From Candidatus Heimdallarchaeota archaeon (lineage in GTDB: Archaea > Asgardarchaeota > Heimdallarchaeia > Heimdallarchaeales > Heimdallarchaeaceae), in the NCBI GenBank assembly GCA_019057815.1, contig JAHLWR010000001.1, positions 1 to 64,000 of the forward strand: a stretch of 64,000 bases of DNA. The letters run 5' to 3'. Position 1 is the stretch's first letter, and every line of letters begins with the position of its first letter. Made by a program: the position numbers and the translations under genes. Positions 20,046 to 30,638 of this stretch are shown here, one piece after another. The notes beneath the pieces are model-generated. The model did no database searches. It saw nothing but the letters and a program-made list of their open reading frames with translations, and was not told the DNA's origin.

Positions 20046-20294
20046 ATGAATACAGAGAAAAAAATAATTCAGATAATAGGCAAAGGATGCAAAAAATGCG
20101 TGAAATTGTATGAAAATGCAGTGGAAGCGGTTAGATCTCTTGGAAAAGATGAAGAATATGAAATAGTCAAATTTGAAGAAGTAGAAAAATTTGCAGACTT
20201 AGATGTTTTTATGACACCAGCTCTCAGAGTAAATGGAAAAGTAGTGAGTGAAGGAAGAGTGTTAGGAACCAATAAAATTCGAGAATACTTGTAA
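20046..20294 (+). CDS. Small thioredoxin-like protein (MTH895/ArsE family)
   Basis: G.GCKKC and V..TPAL.VNG motifs. Confidence 0.9.
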   Translation: MNTEKKIIQIIGKGCKKCVKLYENAVEAVRSLGKDEEYEIVKFEEVEKFADLDVFMTPALRVNGKVVSEGRVLGTNKIREYL

Positions 20295-20383
20295 TCTTTT
20301 CGTATTATATAAGAAAACTAGGTAAATGTTGACACTTTGCAAACTATTATATCTTTTAATAGTTAATTAATGGTACGGATTTA

Positions 20384-21097
20384 TTGAGAACAGTCTACTC
20401 TAAACTCGATTCGCTTAGGAAATGGTGGGCAAATTTGGAAGGCGAGATAAAACAATATGCAACAGGCGCAATACTCCCTCTTGGAGATGGAGCAACAGGT
20501 AAAACAGTTTTAACTCGGCTATTGCTTAATCCATACATGGAGTCAATTGAACATGGTGACATCTTGTTCAATGCTAGTAAATCATATAATATAGAGATTG
20601 AGTTTAGTAGCGATGTAGTTAATGTGGACGGAGAAGAAATAACAACATCTCTACAATTTTATGTTTTTCCGGGTCAACGACAAAAAGCTTCAACTAACAC
20701 AACATCGTTTGATGAAATTGTTGAGATTTTTGATTGTTTTCCTGCTATGGAAAAAATAAATGTGCTACTCTTTTTGCATGATGCATCTCGTTTTCACACG
20801 CTTACTTCACTTGAAATGTGGCTAAGATTTTCTATCGTGAAAGACTGGATTTGGGAGAATACATTAATCATATTAGTAACAAATAAAATAGATCTAATTC
20901 AGCCCAAAGAAGAGGATATTAAGAAAGTGTGTTCAAGCATGTATAAACTCATAAAAGAGCATGAGTTTCCAATTGAAGAAAATCAAGTCCGGGCAATCAA
21001 CACTTCTTGTGTTTCTCTGGAAGGAGTAAAAGAATTGAGAGAGGAAATTATGAGTTGGGTTGCAAGAAAGGGTATGAAATTGAAGGGAATTCGCTAG
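20384..21097 (+). CDS. Ras-superfamily-like small GTPase (atypical G3)
   Basis: G1 GDGATGKT, G3-like VFPGQ, G4 NKID, G5-like TSC. Confidence 0.75.
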   Translation: MRTVYSKLDSLRKWWANLEGEIKQYATGAILPLGDGATGKTVLTRLLLNPYMESIEHGDILFNASKSYNIEIEFSSDVVNVDGEEITTSLQFYVFPGQRQKASTNTTSFDEIVEIFDCFPAMEKINVLLFLHDASRFHTLTSLEMWLRFSIVKDWIWENTLIILVTNKIDLIQPKEEDIKKVCSSMYKLIKEHEFPIEENQVRAINTSCVSLEGVKELREEIMSWVARKGMKLKGIR

Positions 21098-21351
21098 CAG
21101 CTCTAGTTTTTCTTCTAAAAAGATAAGTTTATACTTTTCTGTCTATTTTTCTCAATTCACGCTGTTCTCAAGAGTTTTTCACATTTAACATATCTTATAA
21201 TAAGGTATCTTCCAGTATAATACCGTTTCATTTGCATATAGTCTCACATGTTCAACAAGCGGGTTATAATAAGGTGGAAGATTCAATAAGGGTAGGGTTA
21301 TTACAATATAATGCAAACGATTTTTAGTGATGGTTTAATTCATAATTTAAT

Positions 21352-22626
21352 ATGGAAGAATCTTTCGCAAAGCTATGTTTCTATTGTTCAGAATATGCTA
21401 AGATAACCTCAGATTATCCAATTAACTCTGCTGTTCATGATATTGAAGAGTTCACTCCTCGTTGCAGTTTACATTGGAGCTATAAATGCGAACATTGTGA
21501 AAAAGAAATACACTTCAATGGTATTTCTTGGTGTCATAGCTGCAAAGAATTTACTTGTTTAAATTGTGCTGATGAGATCATGATTCGAGAAAATTTTCTT
21601 ATTTATGATTATTATTATTCAATCCCATGTAAGAGGTGTGGTAAAGAGAATTCTGCTTTAGATTACGCAGAATATGGAGGTACTCATCCTTATCAGATAG
21701 GTGACTTAGAACCAGTAGGAAATGTAGTAGTTTGGTTACCGATATACAAAGATGAAGCAGTGTCTTACACATTTCCTCATCCTGCATGGGGTTCAGAAAG
21801 GGTAGAAAATATGGGGATTAGATTCGAAATTACTAGACTTGATTCTCTAGATGAGGAAACACCTAAATCCGTTTGGGATGGAAATGCTCCCGAGTGGGCT
21901 GGAAAATGGCCAGAAGGAGGAGATTTTAGTCATAAGTATTTCATTATTCCTGAAGTTTTGCGTTTACTTGACGCAAAGAAGGGAGAAAAAATCCTTGACG
22001 TTGCTTGCGGAGAAGGAACCGTTACACGACATCTAGCTAAAAAAGGAGCTCAATTAACAGGTATAGATTTTTCAAATATGATAGATTACGGTATGGAGAG
22101 AGAGAATACAGAGAAATTAGGGATTAAATATGTCAAAGGTGATGCTCTTAAGTTAACAGAAGTTTTCGAGAAAGATTCCTTTGACAAAATAGTATGTAAT
22201 ATGGCTGTGATGGACATATCTAATCATAACAAGTTATTTCAACAAATCTCTTATCTTTTGAAAGAAGAGGGCAGTTTTATTTTTAGTTTAACACATCCAT
22301 GTTTTGCTGTTCCAACATGTACATCTATTAGAGTGCCTAGTGATAGTCAAAGAAACGAGGATAGAATCCGTATAGTCAAAAATTACTTTGAGCGTAGACC
22401 AACGTTAGTTAAATGGCCACCACTCCCAAAAAATATGCTGTATTTTCCCAGAACAATTGGTGAGTACATTAATGGATTATCTAAAGTAGGGTTATATGCT
22501 GTTGAAGTGAGTGAACCTCAAGCTACTGAAGAGTTAGTGAGGAAATTCCCAAGAAATACATACAAAGATATGGATACGGTTTCATATTTTTTGATTATAA
22601 AAACAAGGAAAATATCACGAGAGTAG
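21352..22626 (+). CDS. Class I SAM methyltransferase with an N-terminal Cys-rich putative Zn-binding domain
   Basis: Six CxxC/CxxH pairs in the first ~100 aa, then [14 protein letters not shown] and FSLTHPCF motifs. Confidence 0.85.
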   Translation: MEESFAKLCFYCSEYAKITSDYPINSAVHDIEEFTPRCSLHWSYKCEHCEKEIHFNGISWCHSCKEFTCLNCADEIMIRENFLIYDYYYSIPCKRCGKENSALDYAEYGGTHPYQIGDLEPVGNVVVWLPIYKDEAVSYTFPHPAWGSERVENMGIRFEITRLDSLDEETPKSVWDGNAPEWAGKWPEGGDFSHKYFIIPEVLRLLDAKKGEKILDVACGEGTVTRHLAKKGAQLTGIDFSNMIDYGMERENTEKLGIKYVKGDALKLTEVFEKDSFDKIVCNMAVMDISNHNKLFQQISYLLKEEGSFIFSLTHPCFAVPTCTSIRVPSDSQRNEDRIRIVKNYFERRPTLVKWPPLPKNMLYFPRTIGEYINGLSKVGLYAVEVSEPQATEELVRKFPRNTYKDMDTVSYFLIIKTRKISRE

Positions 22627-23412
22627 TTTTAGCTTTAATCCTACAGGGCAATGATCACTCCCATAGATATCTGATAAGATATATGCATCAGAGACTTGTT
22701 CTATTAAATCATCAGAAACAAAGAAATAATCAAGACGCCAGCCAACATTTCTCTCTCTTGCTCGTGTCCTCATTGACCACCAAGTATAGTTTTTCGGTTT
22801 TTTGTTGAAATATCTGAATGTATCCACATAACCATTGGAAAAGAATTTGTCCATCCAATCACGTTCTATAGGAAGAAAACCAGATATTTTTTCATTTGCT
22901 TTAGGATGTGCCAAATCGATTTCCTTATGTGCAGTATTAACATCTCCACAAACAATAATGGATTTACCCTTTTCCTTTAAGTTGTTAATATAATCCAAGA
23001 AATGATCATAGAAGGTCATTTTATATTTCAAACGTTCATTACTTGCTTTTCCATTTGGAAAATAGACATTAAATAAAACAAAATCTGGATATTCAGTTTC
23101 AACAATTCTTCCTTCAGAATCAAGTTTATTGTAATTCAAAGAAAAGTTAACTTTAGTTGGTTTCGATTTGGAATATGTTACAACTCCGCTATAACCTTTT
23201 TTTTCTGCAGAGTTCCAATAACTCTTATACCCTTGAGGGCTTATCAACTTTGGTTCAAGTTGTTCAGGATGAGCTTTTGTTTCTTGTAAACACAATATAT
23301 CGGGTTTTGTTTTATGTAACCATTCTGTAAATTTCAACCCTTGATAGATTTCTTTTTTAGATACAGCACGGATACCATTAACATTCCACGATAAAAGTGT
23401 GATTTCACGCAT
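22615..23412 (-). CDS. xth: Exodeoxyribonuclease III / AP endonuclease
   Basis: [30 protein letters not shown] and GSDHCPV motifs. Confidence 0.96.
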   Translation of the reverse strand: MREITLLSWNVNGIRAVSKKEIYQGLKFTEWLHKTKPDILCLQETKAHPEQLEPKLISPQGYKSYWNSAEKKGYSGVVTYSKSKPTKVNFSLNYNKLDSEGRIVETEYPDFVLFNVYFPNGKASNERLKYKMTFYDHFLDYINNLKEKGKSIIVCGDVNTAHKEIDLAHPKANEKISGFLPIERDWMDKFFSNGYVDTFRYFNKKPKNYTWWSMRTRARERNVGWRLDYFFVSDDLIEQVSDAYILSDIYGSDHCPVGLKLKLLS

Positions 23413-23524
23413 AGTATTGAATAAGAAGACTATCTAAAAATACTTTGTTAATAAAAATTTAAAAAATACTTTCTATTTTCACTCTTTTGTATTTATTAGA
23501 TTCGTTTTATCCTTCAATAATATC

Positions 23525-24895
23525 CTAGGTTTTAGAAATTAAGTGTTTTTTCTTTTTGAAAAAGGGATCATAATCGCCCCAAACTAAAATTAGAGATGAC
23601 ACGAAAATTATTGCGGCTCCAATTGGTCCTAACATTCTTAAAGACAATGAATCGCTTAGTAAACCTGCAAAAAGGAACCCTAGGGCTTGAGCAATGTTTA
23701 CAGGAATACTTTTGAACCCAGTATACAGTCCAGCTCTATTTTGACCGCTTTTCCTTTCATCATCATCTGCTAAATCTGCAATTATTGCATAAGGAAATAG
23801 CGTCCCTGCTGATAAACCAATTCCTAGACCCAAACCAAAAATATAGCCTTGAATTTCTGCAGGTATCCAAGGTATTTTACCTACTACTGTAGTAAGCAGA
23901 AGACACGGCATTAACCACAAAAAGGATATTAATAGCGTCCACTTTTTTCCAATCTTCTTAGCCAATTTAGACCAGAAGTAAAAACTAGCAACTAGACTAG
24001 CAAACATACAACCTCCAAAGATAGCGAATTGAGATGTTTTTTCGTATTCTAGAATTTTTTGAATAAAATCAAGAACTAAAGCAGCGATTAGAGTTACTCC
24101 AGAAGACAGAACAGAAAAACCTAGTACCCAATAAATGTAATTCTTATTTTTCAGCACAGTTTTAAATTCATCAACTATGTTCCGTTTTATATATTTCACC
24201 TTTCTTTCTTTAATAAAAAATAATGCTGGGAGGAAAAAGAAAACTTCCAGAATCGCAACAATCACAGCAAAGACCATTAATGCGATTCCAGCTGTTGTTG
24301 TAAGACCTCCCGTCTTTTCGAGATATCCTGCAATAATAAAACCGAATCCAGAACCAATAAGATTCGAAACCAACATTGCTGAATTCTGATAAACTGAAAC
24401 AGTTACTCTTTCATCCTCTGTGGTTATTTCTGGCATCCATGAGTGGTAAGGCACATTTAGATAACCATAGAAGACATTGAATAAAGAATTCCAAACCAAC
24501 AGCCATATAAAAACTCCCGAACTACTTCCTGAATCTATTTGAATAAAAAGGTGGGGGATAAAAATCATAACAAACGAAAAGGCAAGTAAAGGAGCTCCAG
24601 TCCAAATGAAGAATTTTCTTCTTCCAAAATTGGATTCTCTAGGTCGCATCTTATCAGAGATATATCCAAACATGAAGCCTGATAGCGCTATAGCAACTTT
24701 GCCTACAGCATTTCCATACCCATTGAGCTTTGGATCTAAATTAAAATGGTTACCATAGATCCAGAAAGTTGCGATTGTTACAATATTCAACATGAGGACA
24801 GGACCAAGCTTACAAGCGCCGTAGAATAGCTTCTGTTGTGGAGACAATAGTGGCATAAGATTCACAACCTCTAACTTATGAATGATATGTTTCAA
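23525..24895 (-). CDS. MFS transporter (GPH/MFS_2-like)
   Basis: About 12 TM segments; GYISD...FGRRK, PY.SWMPEIT...ER and IADLAD.DE..G..RAGLY motifs. Confidence 0.88.
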   Translation of the reverse strand: MKHIIHKLEVVNLMPLLSPQQKLFYGACKLGPVLMLNIVTIATFWIYGNHFNLDPKLNGYGNAVGKVAIALSGFMFGYISDKMRPRESNFGRRKFFIWTGAPLLAFSFVMIFIPHLFIQIDSGSSSGVFIWLLVWNSLFNVFYGYLNVPYHSWMPEITTEDERVTVSVYQNSAMLVSNLIGSGFGFIIAGYLEKTGGLTTTAGIALMVFAVIVAILEVFFFLPALFFIKERKVKYIKRNIVDEFKTVLKNKNYIYWVLGFSVLSSGVTLIAALVLDFIQKILEYEKTSQFAIFGGCMFASLVASFYFWSKLAKKIGKKWTLLISFLWLMPCLLLTTVVGKIPWIPAEIQGYIFGLGLGIGLSAGTLFPYAIIADLADDDERKSGQNRAGLYTGFKSIPVNIAQALGFLFAGLLSDSLSLRMLGPIGAAIIFVSSLILVWGDYDPFFKKKKHLISKT

Positions 24896-25035
24896 GTTAA
24901 TTGTTATATTTAAAATTATTCAATGAATTTAGGTGAAGTTATTTTAAGCTGCACACAATATCTTAGAGAAATCTGGTTTTTGAGAAGAAGATTGAAAAAA
25001 AAATAGTTGAAAGCTTTATGCTTTCAAATAAACTA

Positions 25036-27996
25036 TTATGCGCCTCTTTTGAAAATCTTACCAAGTTTTATTTTCTTAGTTCCAAAGAGATATGCTAATG
25101 TACCAATAACCGCTATGCTAACAACAGGAATTATTACAGCTAAAGGTTGGAAAACTGAAGCGTTTTCATATTCAATAGTAAAGATATCTGATTCAGTGAC
25201 TAAGTCTAAATCATCAGTAGCTACAATTTTGAATGTTAAAATCCCTTCTGCACCAGATACTTTTATATCATAATAGTACTGACCAGTTTCAGTGTCAAGA
25301 GTCATATTAACTATAGTCCATTCTGTGTCATTGTCTAGTTTATAGTATAGTTGCACAAGTGTTAATGAACCATCATCCGTTACAGTAGCATTTATTCTAA
25401 TACTTCTTGCGTCCTCCATGGAATAGGGAGAGGAGTAAGGAGCATCTCCTAGTGTTATTACTGGACCTAGCCCGTTGTTAAAATCTATTAATACAGAACT
25501 TGTATTAGATGATAAACCTGATAAGTCAAATGCACGAACCATGTACTCTAAGGTTCCCGTAGCACTGTTGACTTGAACATAAGCTATATACATGTTCAGC
25601 TCTTGGTCAAACACCATAGGCATGAAACTCCAAGTGTCAGTTTCTGAGAATCTATAGTAAACATCAGCACCTGAAACTCCACCTTCATCAGTAATCTCTG
25701 CTGTAATGGGTATGTAATGGTCCCCATTTAGGTTATATGGAGTATCTAATGCTTCAAGATTTATTGTAGGAGCCAATCCATCAGAATAATAGAAATAATC
25801 TGATGTGTTCATTTCATTCCATAATAAATCAGTTAATGTAATATGGAACTGAACTGTTGTATCATTGTCTGAAGCAGGGATTGTAGCCATGAAACCATAA
25901 CCTAAAGGTATTGTATAATGGGTTAAAGTTAATTCAACACCTGTTATAGATCCAGAGTACAATTCGGAATAATCTTGAATTTCCAACGTAAAGATAGCAT
26001 CTGTGAAATCATCTTCATCTAAACCCAATGCTAATAAATCTACACTGAGGTTGAAAACACTAGTTTGAGGTTCTCTATCGAAGATTAAGAAACGCTCTCC
26101 ATCTTCTGTTACAAGCCAAATACGTATGTCTGTTGGTTTTTCGTGTGTTATATCTACCGATAAAGTGGCAACTGACACACCTCCACCTCTAATCACTTCT
26201 AGGTTTAGGTATGATGTAAGATCATTTTGTATGAAGAATGGAAGCTCATCAATGCTGAATGTATCTTCATAATCAATAAGTTCTGGAGCTTCGTAATCGA
26301 TAGGATTTGCAACAGCATTATCCCATATTAGTCCATCATCATAGCTGTACCAAACAACTGGTTGTTTGAGATCAGTATAATCTGAAGCATTAAAGAGCAC
26401 AGTGACATCTGTAATGTTTGATATAATTGAAGGATAAATGAGAAGATTGTCAATAGTTGGTGCCATTCCATCTGCGTAGTAATAGTATTCTGTTGTATTG
26501 CCAGTGTTACCCAAATAATCAGTTGTTTCAAAGAAATAGGAAACTAAAGCTGTATCAACTGTTGCTGGGATTGTTGCATTAAATTCAATCGGAGAAACAC
26601 TTATTTCGGTATCAGTTGTGTTCAACATTTCGATTTTCACAAAATCGCTTCCAGAGGGTATTGAATAGTATAGATTTACAGATTCAATTCCTAGAGGATC
26701 AGAGAATTCTGCAGTGACAAAAACATCTGAAGTAATTAATGCTACATCCGCATATTCAACTAGGTCAACTCCACCATCTATAGTTATGGTTGTAACTTGA
26801 GGATTCAGACTGTCAATTAGTATTGTCTCTATTCCGGAACTACCTTCTCGACCTTCTTGACTATCGACAATGTCAGAAGCATTAACAACTATGTATAAAA
26901 CAGTTTCAATATTATCAAGATTACTTGTTGGTATTATTCCAGTGTAAAAAGCGGTGTCACCAAAATCTAACGCAAGATCCATCAATACAAAACTCCATTC
27001 AGTTGCCCCGTCAAGCATATAATAAGCTACTACACTACTGTCATCAATAGTGTCTATTCCATCAGAATCCGTTACAGAAACGTTAAGAATGTAATCCTGA
27101 TCTCCTTTGATTGCAAAAGGTAAGTCATTAAGAGTTACTTCTGGTTCCGCGTCCATAAGGAAGGAATATGTATCAGTTATTGTTGATTGATTCAAATCAT
27201 CGAAAGCTATCATATAATAGTTTACCCAGCAAGGAAGATTAGCCGCAGGAATAGTAGCTCCATAAACATTCTGAGAGATTAGGAGATGGTCAAATCTAGG
27301 AGCAGGCGGGGAAACAGATTCCCTATAGGAAATAGCATAAATTCTATATCCTGCAACAAGTTCATTGCTCAGATAGTTTGCAGGATAGGGATCTACTTCA
27401 GACACACTTCCAAATATGCCATCTAGATATCGGAGTTCCCATTCACCAGTCGTATAGTTTTTAGCTTCAATTTTTACATAAACGAGATCGCTAATCCCAC
27501 CGGCTTCAATAGAACAATCTATATCATTCAACAATTCTCCTTCAGCTGCTTCGTAGACAAAGTCTCCAAATCGCCAGTCTGTTTTATCATCTGTTTCAAC
27601 ACCTGTATCTGTAATATATCCAGACCTTTGAAATTCCTCAGTATCTATGATTGAACTACTAGTTTCAAGCATAGAAATATTCTCGAAAACTCCAGGATTT
27701 AGAGTTTCATACTCCCAGTAAAGAGAAGCATTTTGTATCCCATCCTGGTCGCTAATAGCTGTTATAACTTCTGTATCATCAGTACTTTGAGGATATTCAG
27801 GAGAAAGGGAAGGTAATCCGATTAAAGGTCCTTCGCCATTACTCAGTAAAGTGTAGTCATAGAGTAAAGGATTAGAATTAGTCAATTGCCCGTTTACTTC
27901 TGCCATGATGTTAGTATTTGAAAGCATTAGAGACAGCAAAAAGACTGACAAGGATATAAGGGTATATTTTTTTAAACGATTATTTTTTTTAAACAT
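25036..27996 (-). CDS. Large acidic cell-surface protein with repeated Ig-like modules, an inserted P-domain-like segment and a C-terminal TM anchor
   Basis: Signal peptide; repeated D..G...V.LYY..W...M...Y...IP modules; LSVDITH..PTDIRIWL..TLEIQD..GSI segment; C-terminal TM plus basic tail. Confidence 0.75.
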   Translation of the reverse strand: MFKKNNRLKKYTLISLSVFLLSLMLSNTNIMAEVNGQLTNSNPLLYDYTLLSNGEGPLIGLPSLSPEYPQSTDDTEVITAISDQDGIQNASLYWEYETLNPGVFENISMLETSSSIIDTEEFQRSGYITDTGVETDDKTDWRFGDFVYEAAEGELLNDIDCSIEAGGISDLVYVKIEAKNYTTGEWELRYLDGIFGSVSEVDPYPANYLSNELVAGYRIYAISYRESVSPPAPRFDHLLISQNVYGATIPAANLPCWVNYYMIAFDDLNQSTITDTYSFLMDAEPEVTLNDLPFAIKGDQDYILNVSVTDSDGIDTIDDSSVVAYYMLDGATEWSFVLMDLALDFGDTAFYTGIIPTSNLDNIETVLYIVVNASDIVDSQEGREGSSGIETILIDSLNPQVTTITIDGGVDLVEYADVALITSDVFVTAEFSDPLGIESVNLYYSIPSGSDFVKIEMLNTTDTEISVSPIEFNATIPATVDTALVSYFFETTDYLGNTGNTTEYYYYADGMAPTIDNLLIYPSIISNITDVTVLFNASDYTDLKQPVVWYSYDDGLIWDNAVANPIDYEAPELIDYEDTFSIDELPFFIQNDLTSYLNLEVIRGGGVSVATLSVDITHEKPTDIRIWLVTEDGERFLIFDREPQTSVFNLSVDLLALGLDEDDFTDAIFTLEIQDYSELYSGSITGVELTLTHYTIPLGYGFMATIPASDNDTTVQFHITLTDLLWNEMNTSDYFYYSDGLAPTINLEALDTPYNLNGDHYIPITAEITDEGGVSGADVYYRFSETDTWSFMPMVFDQELNMYIAYVQVNSATGTLEYMVRAFDLSGLSSNTSSVLIDFNNGLGPVITLGDAPYSSPYSMEDARSIRINATVTDDGSLTLVQLYYKLDNDTEWTIVNMTLDTETGQYYYDIKVSGAEGILTFKIVATDDLDLVTESDIFTIEYENASVFQPLAVIIPVVSIAVIGTLAYLFGTKKIKLGKIFKRGA

Positions 27997-28152
27997 TTAT
28001 TTCACCCATTTTGAATTATAGTAATTCAATTGTTGAAGTATAATATTGAAATAATAAAAGAATAACTCTCCAAATTTCTAAAGTTCATGCATTAGAAAAT
28101 TAAAGTGATAATATCAGTTATACTTTTAACTATACGGAGAGATAACTAAATA

Positions 28153-29055
28153 GTGAATTTAATGACTGAAGAAGACTTGCAAAAAGCTATAAAATTCCTT
28201 ACTAGTGACACACCAGTCCTTCGCCAGTGGTCGCTCCAACAAATATCGAAACACAAAAATAAACATAGAGCTTTAAATGAAGTCATTAACACTCTCATAA
28301 ATGATGAAGATAAGGATGTACGTAGCTTTTCTGCTGAGATTTTGGGTGATATTGGTGATGTAATAGCTACTACTTCACTAGTTAAGATGTTAGAAGATAA
28401 GAGTTGGGAAGTTAGAGAATCTATATTAATAGCTCTCAGTAAATTACAAGATTCCAAAATCATTACCTATCTTATTACAGCACTAAAGGATGAGCACACA
28501 AAAGTAAGATTTACAGCAGTTAAACAGTTATCAAAAATTAATAATCCAAAAATCATTTCTCCCCTTTTTGACCTCCTTCTTGATGAATCAGATTCTGTAA
28601 GAGAAGAAGCTAAAAAAACTCTGTTAGGTTTTAGTGAAACTATACCTGTCTCTTCAATTACACAATACATACGTCATAGTAGCAAAACTATCAGAGAATT
28701 TTCCATTGATTTCCTTTCTGGACACATAGATGGTGACATAATAGCTATTCTAAACGATTTCATGAATGATTATGTCTGGGAAATAAGACTTGCAGCTTTA
28801 AAGAAATTATCTAAAATAGCTATTGATTTTAAAGAAAAAGATTCAAGACTCATCGATATAGGACTTACTGCTTTATCAGATAAGTATTATAGTGTCAGAT
28901 TTGAAGCGGTTAAGTTTCTAGAAATCCTTAAAGACTCAAAAGCAATTGAACCTTTAATAGAAATAGCAAGAAAGGATGAGGATCATAATGTACAGTTAAA
29001 AGCAACTGAAACGATAACTGCAATTATAAGAGCATTAAGATTAAACGAAATCTAA
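28153..29055 (+). CDS. HEAT-repeat (PBS lyase-like) protein
   Basis: Repeated L.D....VR..A...L units. Confidence 0.88.
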   Translation: MNLMTEEDLQKAIKFLTSDTPVLRQWSLQQISKHKNKHRALNEVINTLINDEDKDVRSFSAEILGDIGDVIATTSLVKMLEDKSWEVRESILIALSKLQDSKIITYLITALKDEHTKVRFTAVKQLSKINNPKIISPLFDLLLDESDSVREEAKKTLLGFSETIPVSSITQYIRHSSKTIREFSIDFLSGHIDGDIIAILNDFMNDYVWEIRLAALKKLSKIAIDFKEKDSRLIDIGLTALSDKYYSVRFEAVKFLEILKDSKAIEPLIEIARKDEDHNVQLKATETITAIIRALRLNEI

Positions 29056-29288
29056 TCAATTTGCTACAAAACCAATAAAAAAACAAGAAATTTCAGAGTT
29101 TACAAAAGAAAAAAGCATTAGAAATTCTAAGGGAAGAATATCGGGAAAAATGAGGGAAAATTCTTCAACTCTACCTTTTTATTCCAAAAGAAGATTTAAT
29201 GTTTTAAGCGAATAGTTGTTCTATTAATCAAATACATGACAAAATCTTTTAATTCGTAGTTTATAATATGTATAATTAGTGAAAAAGT

Positions 29289-29939
29289 ATGCTACTAGCT
29301 GAAGAAGTGGTTATACTAGCACTTGACGTCAATAAAGGGAAGATACCGTTTTCTAAAACTACATTAGTTGACTATGGTATCTCTGGAGCTATTTTAACAG
29401 AACTTGCTATAATGAATAGAATAGATATAGAAGCAGGAGTAGTCAAAATAGTTGATTCATCTCCTCTAAAAATACCCATTTTAGATAATATTTTGAAACT
29501 AATGAATGAAACTAAAACTGAAAAGTCACTCCAATACTGGCTGAAAAGTTTAATCAGAAGCAGTAAAAGCCTTGAAAAAGAGATTTTCAGAAATTTAGAA
29601 AAAAGTAATTTTTTGATAATAAAAAAGAAAAAATTTTTGGGAATATTTCCAATAATTCGGTATGAAATCACTAATATAGAGAAAAGAAACGAAATCCTAA
29701 GCACATTAAAAGAAATTGTTTTAGAAGGAAAGGAGACTGATGAATGTTCAACTTTTCTTTTAGGTGTAACACGTAATTGTGCACAAATAAAGGATTATTT
29801 CCCAGAGGATAGAAAGGATGACATTGTAAAAAGAATAGACGAATTAGCAAAGAATCAGATTGTGTGTAAAGCAATTCAAGAACTGATCAAAGCACAACAA
29901 CAAGCTTTCATCCTCACAAATGTAACAATGCCATATTAG
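29289..29939 (+). CDS. GPP34/GOLPH3/Vps74 family protein
   Basis: LAEEVVILALD..KGK, GAILTELA...RI and KFLGIFP..RY motifs. Confidence 0.85.
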   Translation: MLLAEEVVILALDVNKGKIPFSKTTLVDYGISGAILTELAIMNRIDIEAGVVKIVDSSPLKIPILDNILKLMNETKTEKSLQYWLKSLIRSSKSLEKEIFRNLEKSNFLIIKKKKFLGIFPIIRYEITNIEKRNEILSTLKEIVLEGKETDECSTFLLGVTRNCAQIKDYFPEDRKDDIVKRIDELAKNQIVCKAIQELIKAQQQAFILTNVTMPY

Positions 29940-29987
29940 TTAGGTTTGAAATCAGGTAAATCAAATATTTTATTTTCAAAGGTAGAT

Positions 29988-30233
29988 TTATTCATACAAA
30001 GGTTTGAATATTCTCTTAATAGAAGCTAAAAACTTAGAAAATAGACCTTGATCAGTGTTAACAGATGACAGGAGTGCCTGTTCCTCAGTTTTGTGTCTCA
30101 ACTTGTGTTCACCAATACAATGTATATGTATAATCATCTTACACTTATCACATATAACCATATTAGCTCCACAAGTCTTTTTTGATTCTTCAATTGGCCT
30201 TCCACACTGACCGCATCTACCAAAGAAACTCAT
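29988..30233 (-). CDS. Small zinc-finger protein
   Basis: CGQC ... CDKC...H..C..EH...H pattern. Confidence 0.65.
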   Translation of the reverse strand: MSFFGRCGQCGRPIEESKKTCGANMVICDKCKMIIHIHCIGEHKLRHKTEEQALLSSVNTDQGLFSKFLASIKRIFKPLYE

Positions 30234-30423
30234 AACAATTTAGAATTTTAAACACTTATTAACGCTTTGCAGTTGTTTATAGTACTCTCCTCAATTAAAA
30301 TTGCGCTATTATCAATCTCACTATTTACCAAAATAATGATTTAATTTAGATAAAACAGTTTTAGAAAAATAAAATATATTGTTTCTTTTATAAAATTGGC
30401 ACATCAATTTCTCAAAACCATTA

Positions 30424-30473
30424 TTGTCGGAAACTGGAGAATTTTTTAGTTTTAGACCCCAGTCCTATTTTCT
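30424..30473 (+). repeat. 50-bp direct repeat, copy A
   Basis: 48/50 identical to 42036-42085. Confidence 0.92.
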
Positions 30474-30638
30474 ATCTTTCACCTATTACATTTTTCTTGA
30501 TATCCATATCTCCATTAATAATGATTTTTTGTCTCCGTATCCTCTAAGGAAAGAGAGAGAAAAGTGGGGAGTATATAGGAAAGAAAGTAACAGTAAGTGA
30601 TGATTGTCTACTTCTTCTTCCTTTAAAGAAAGAAATAT

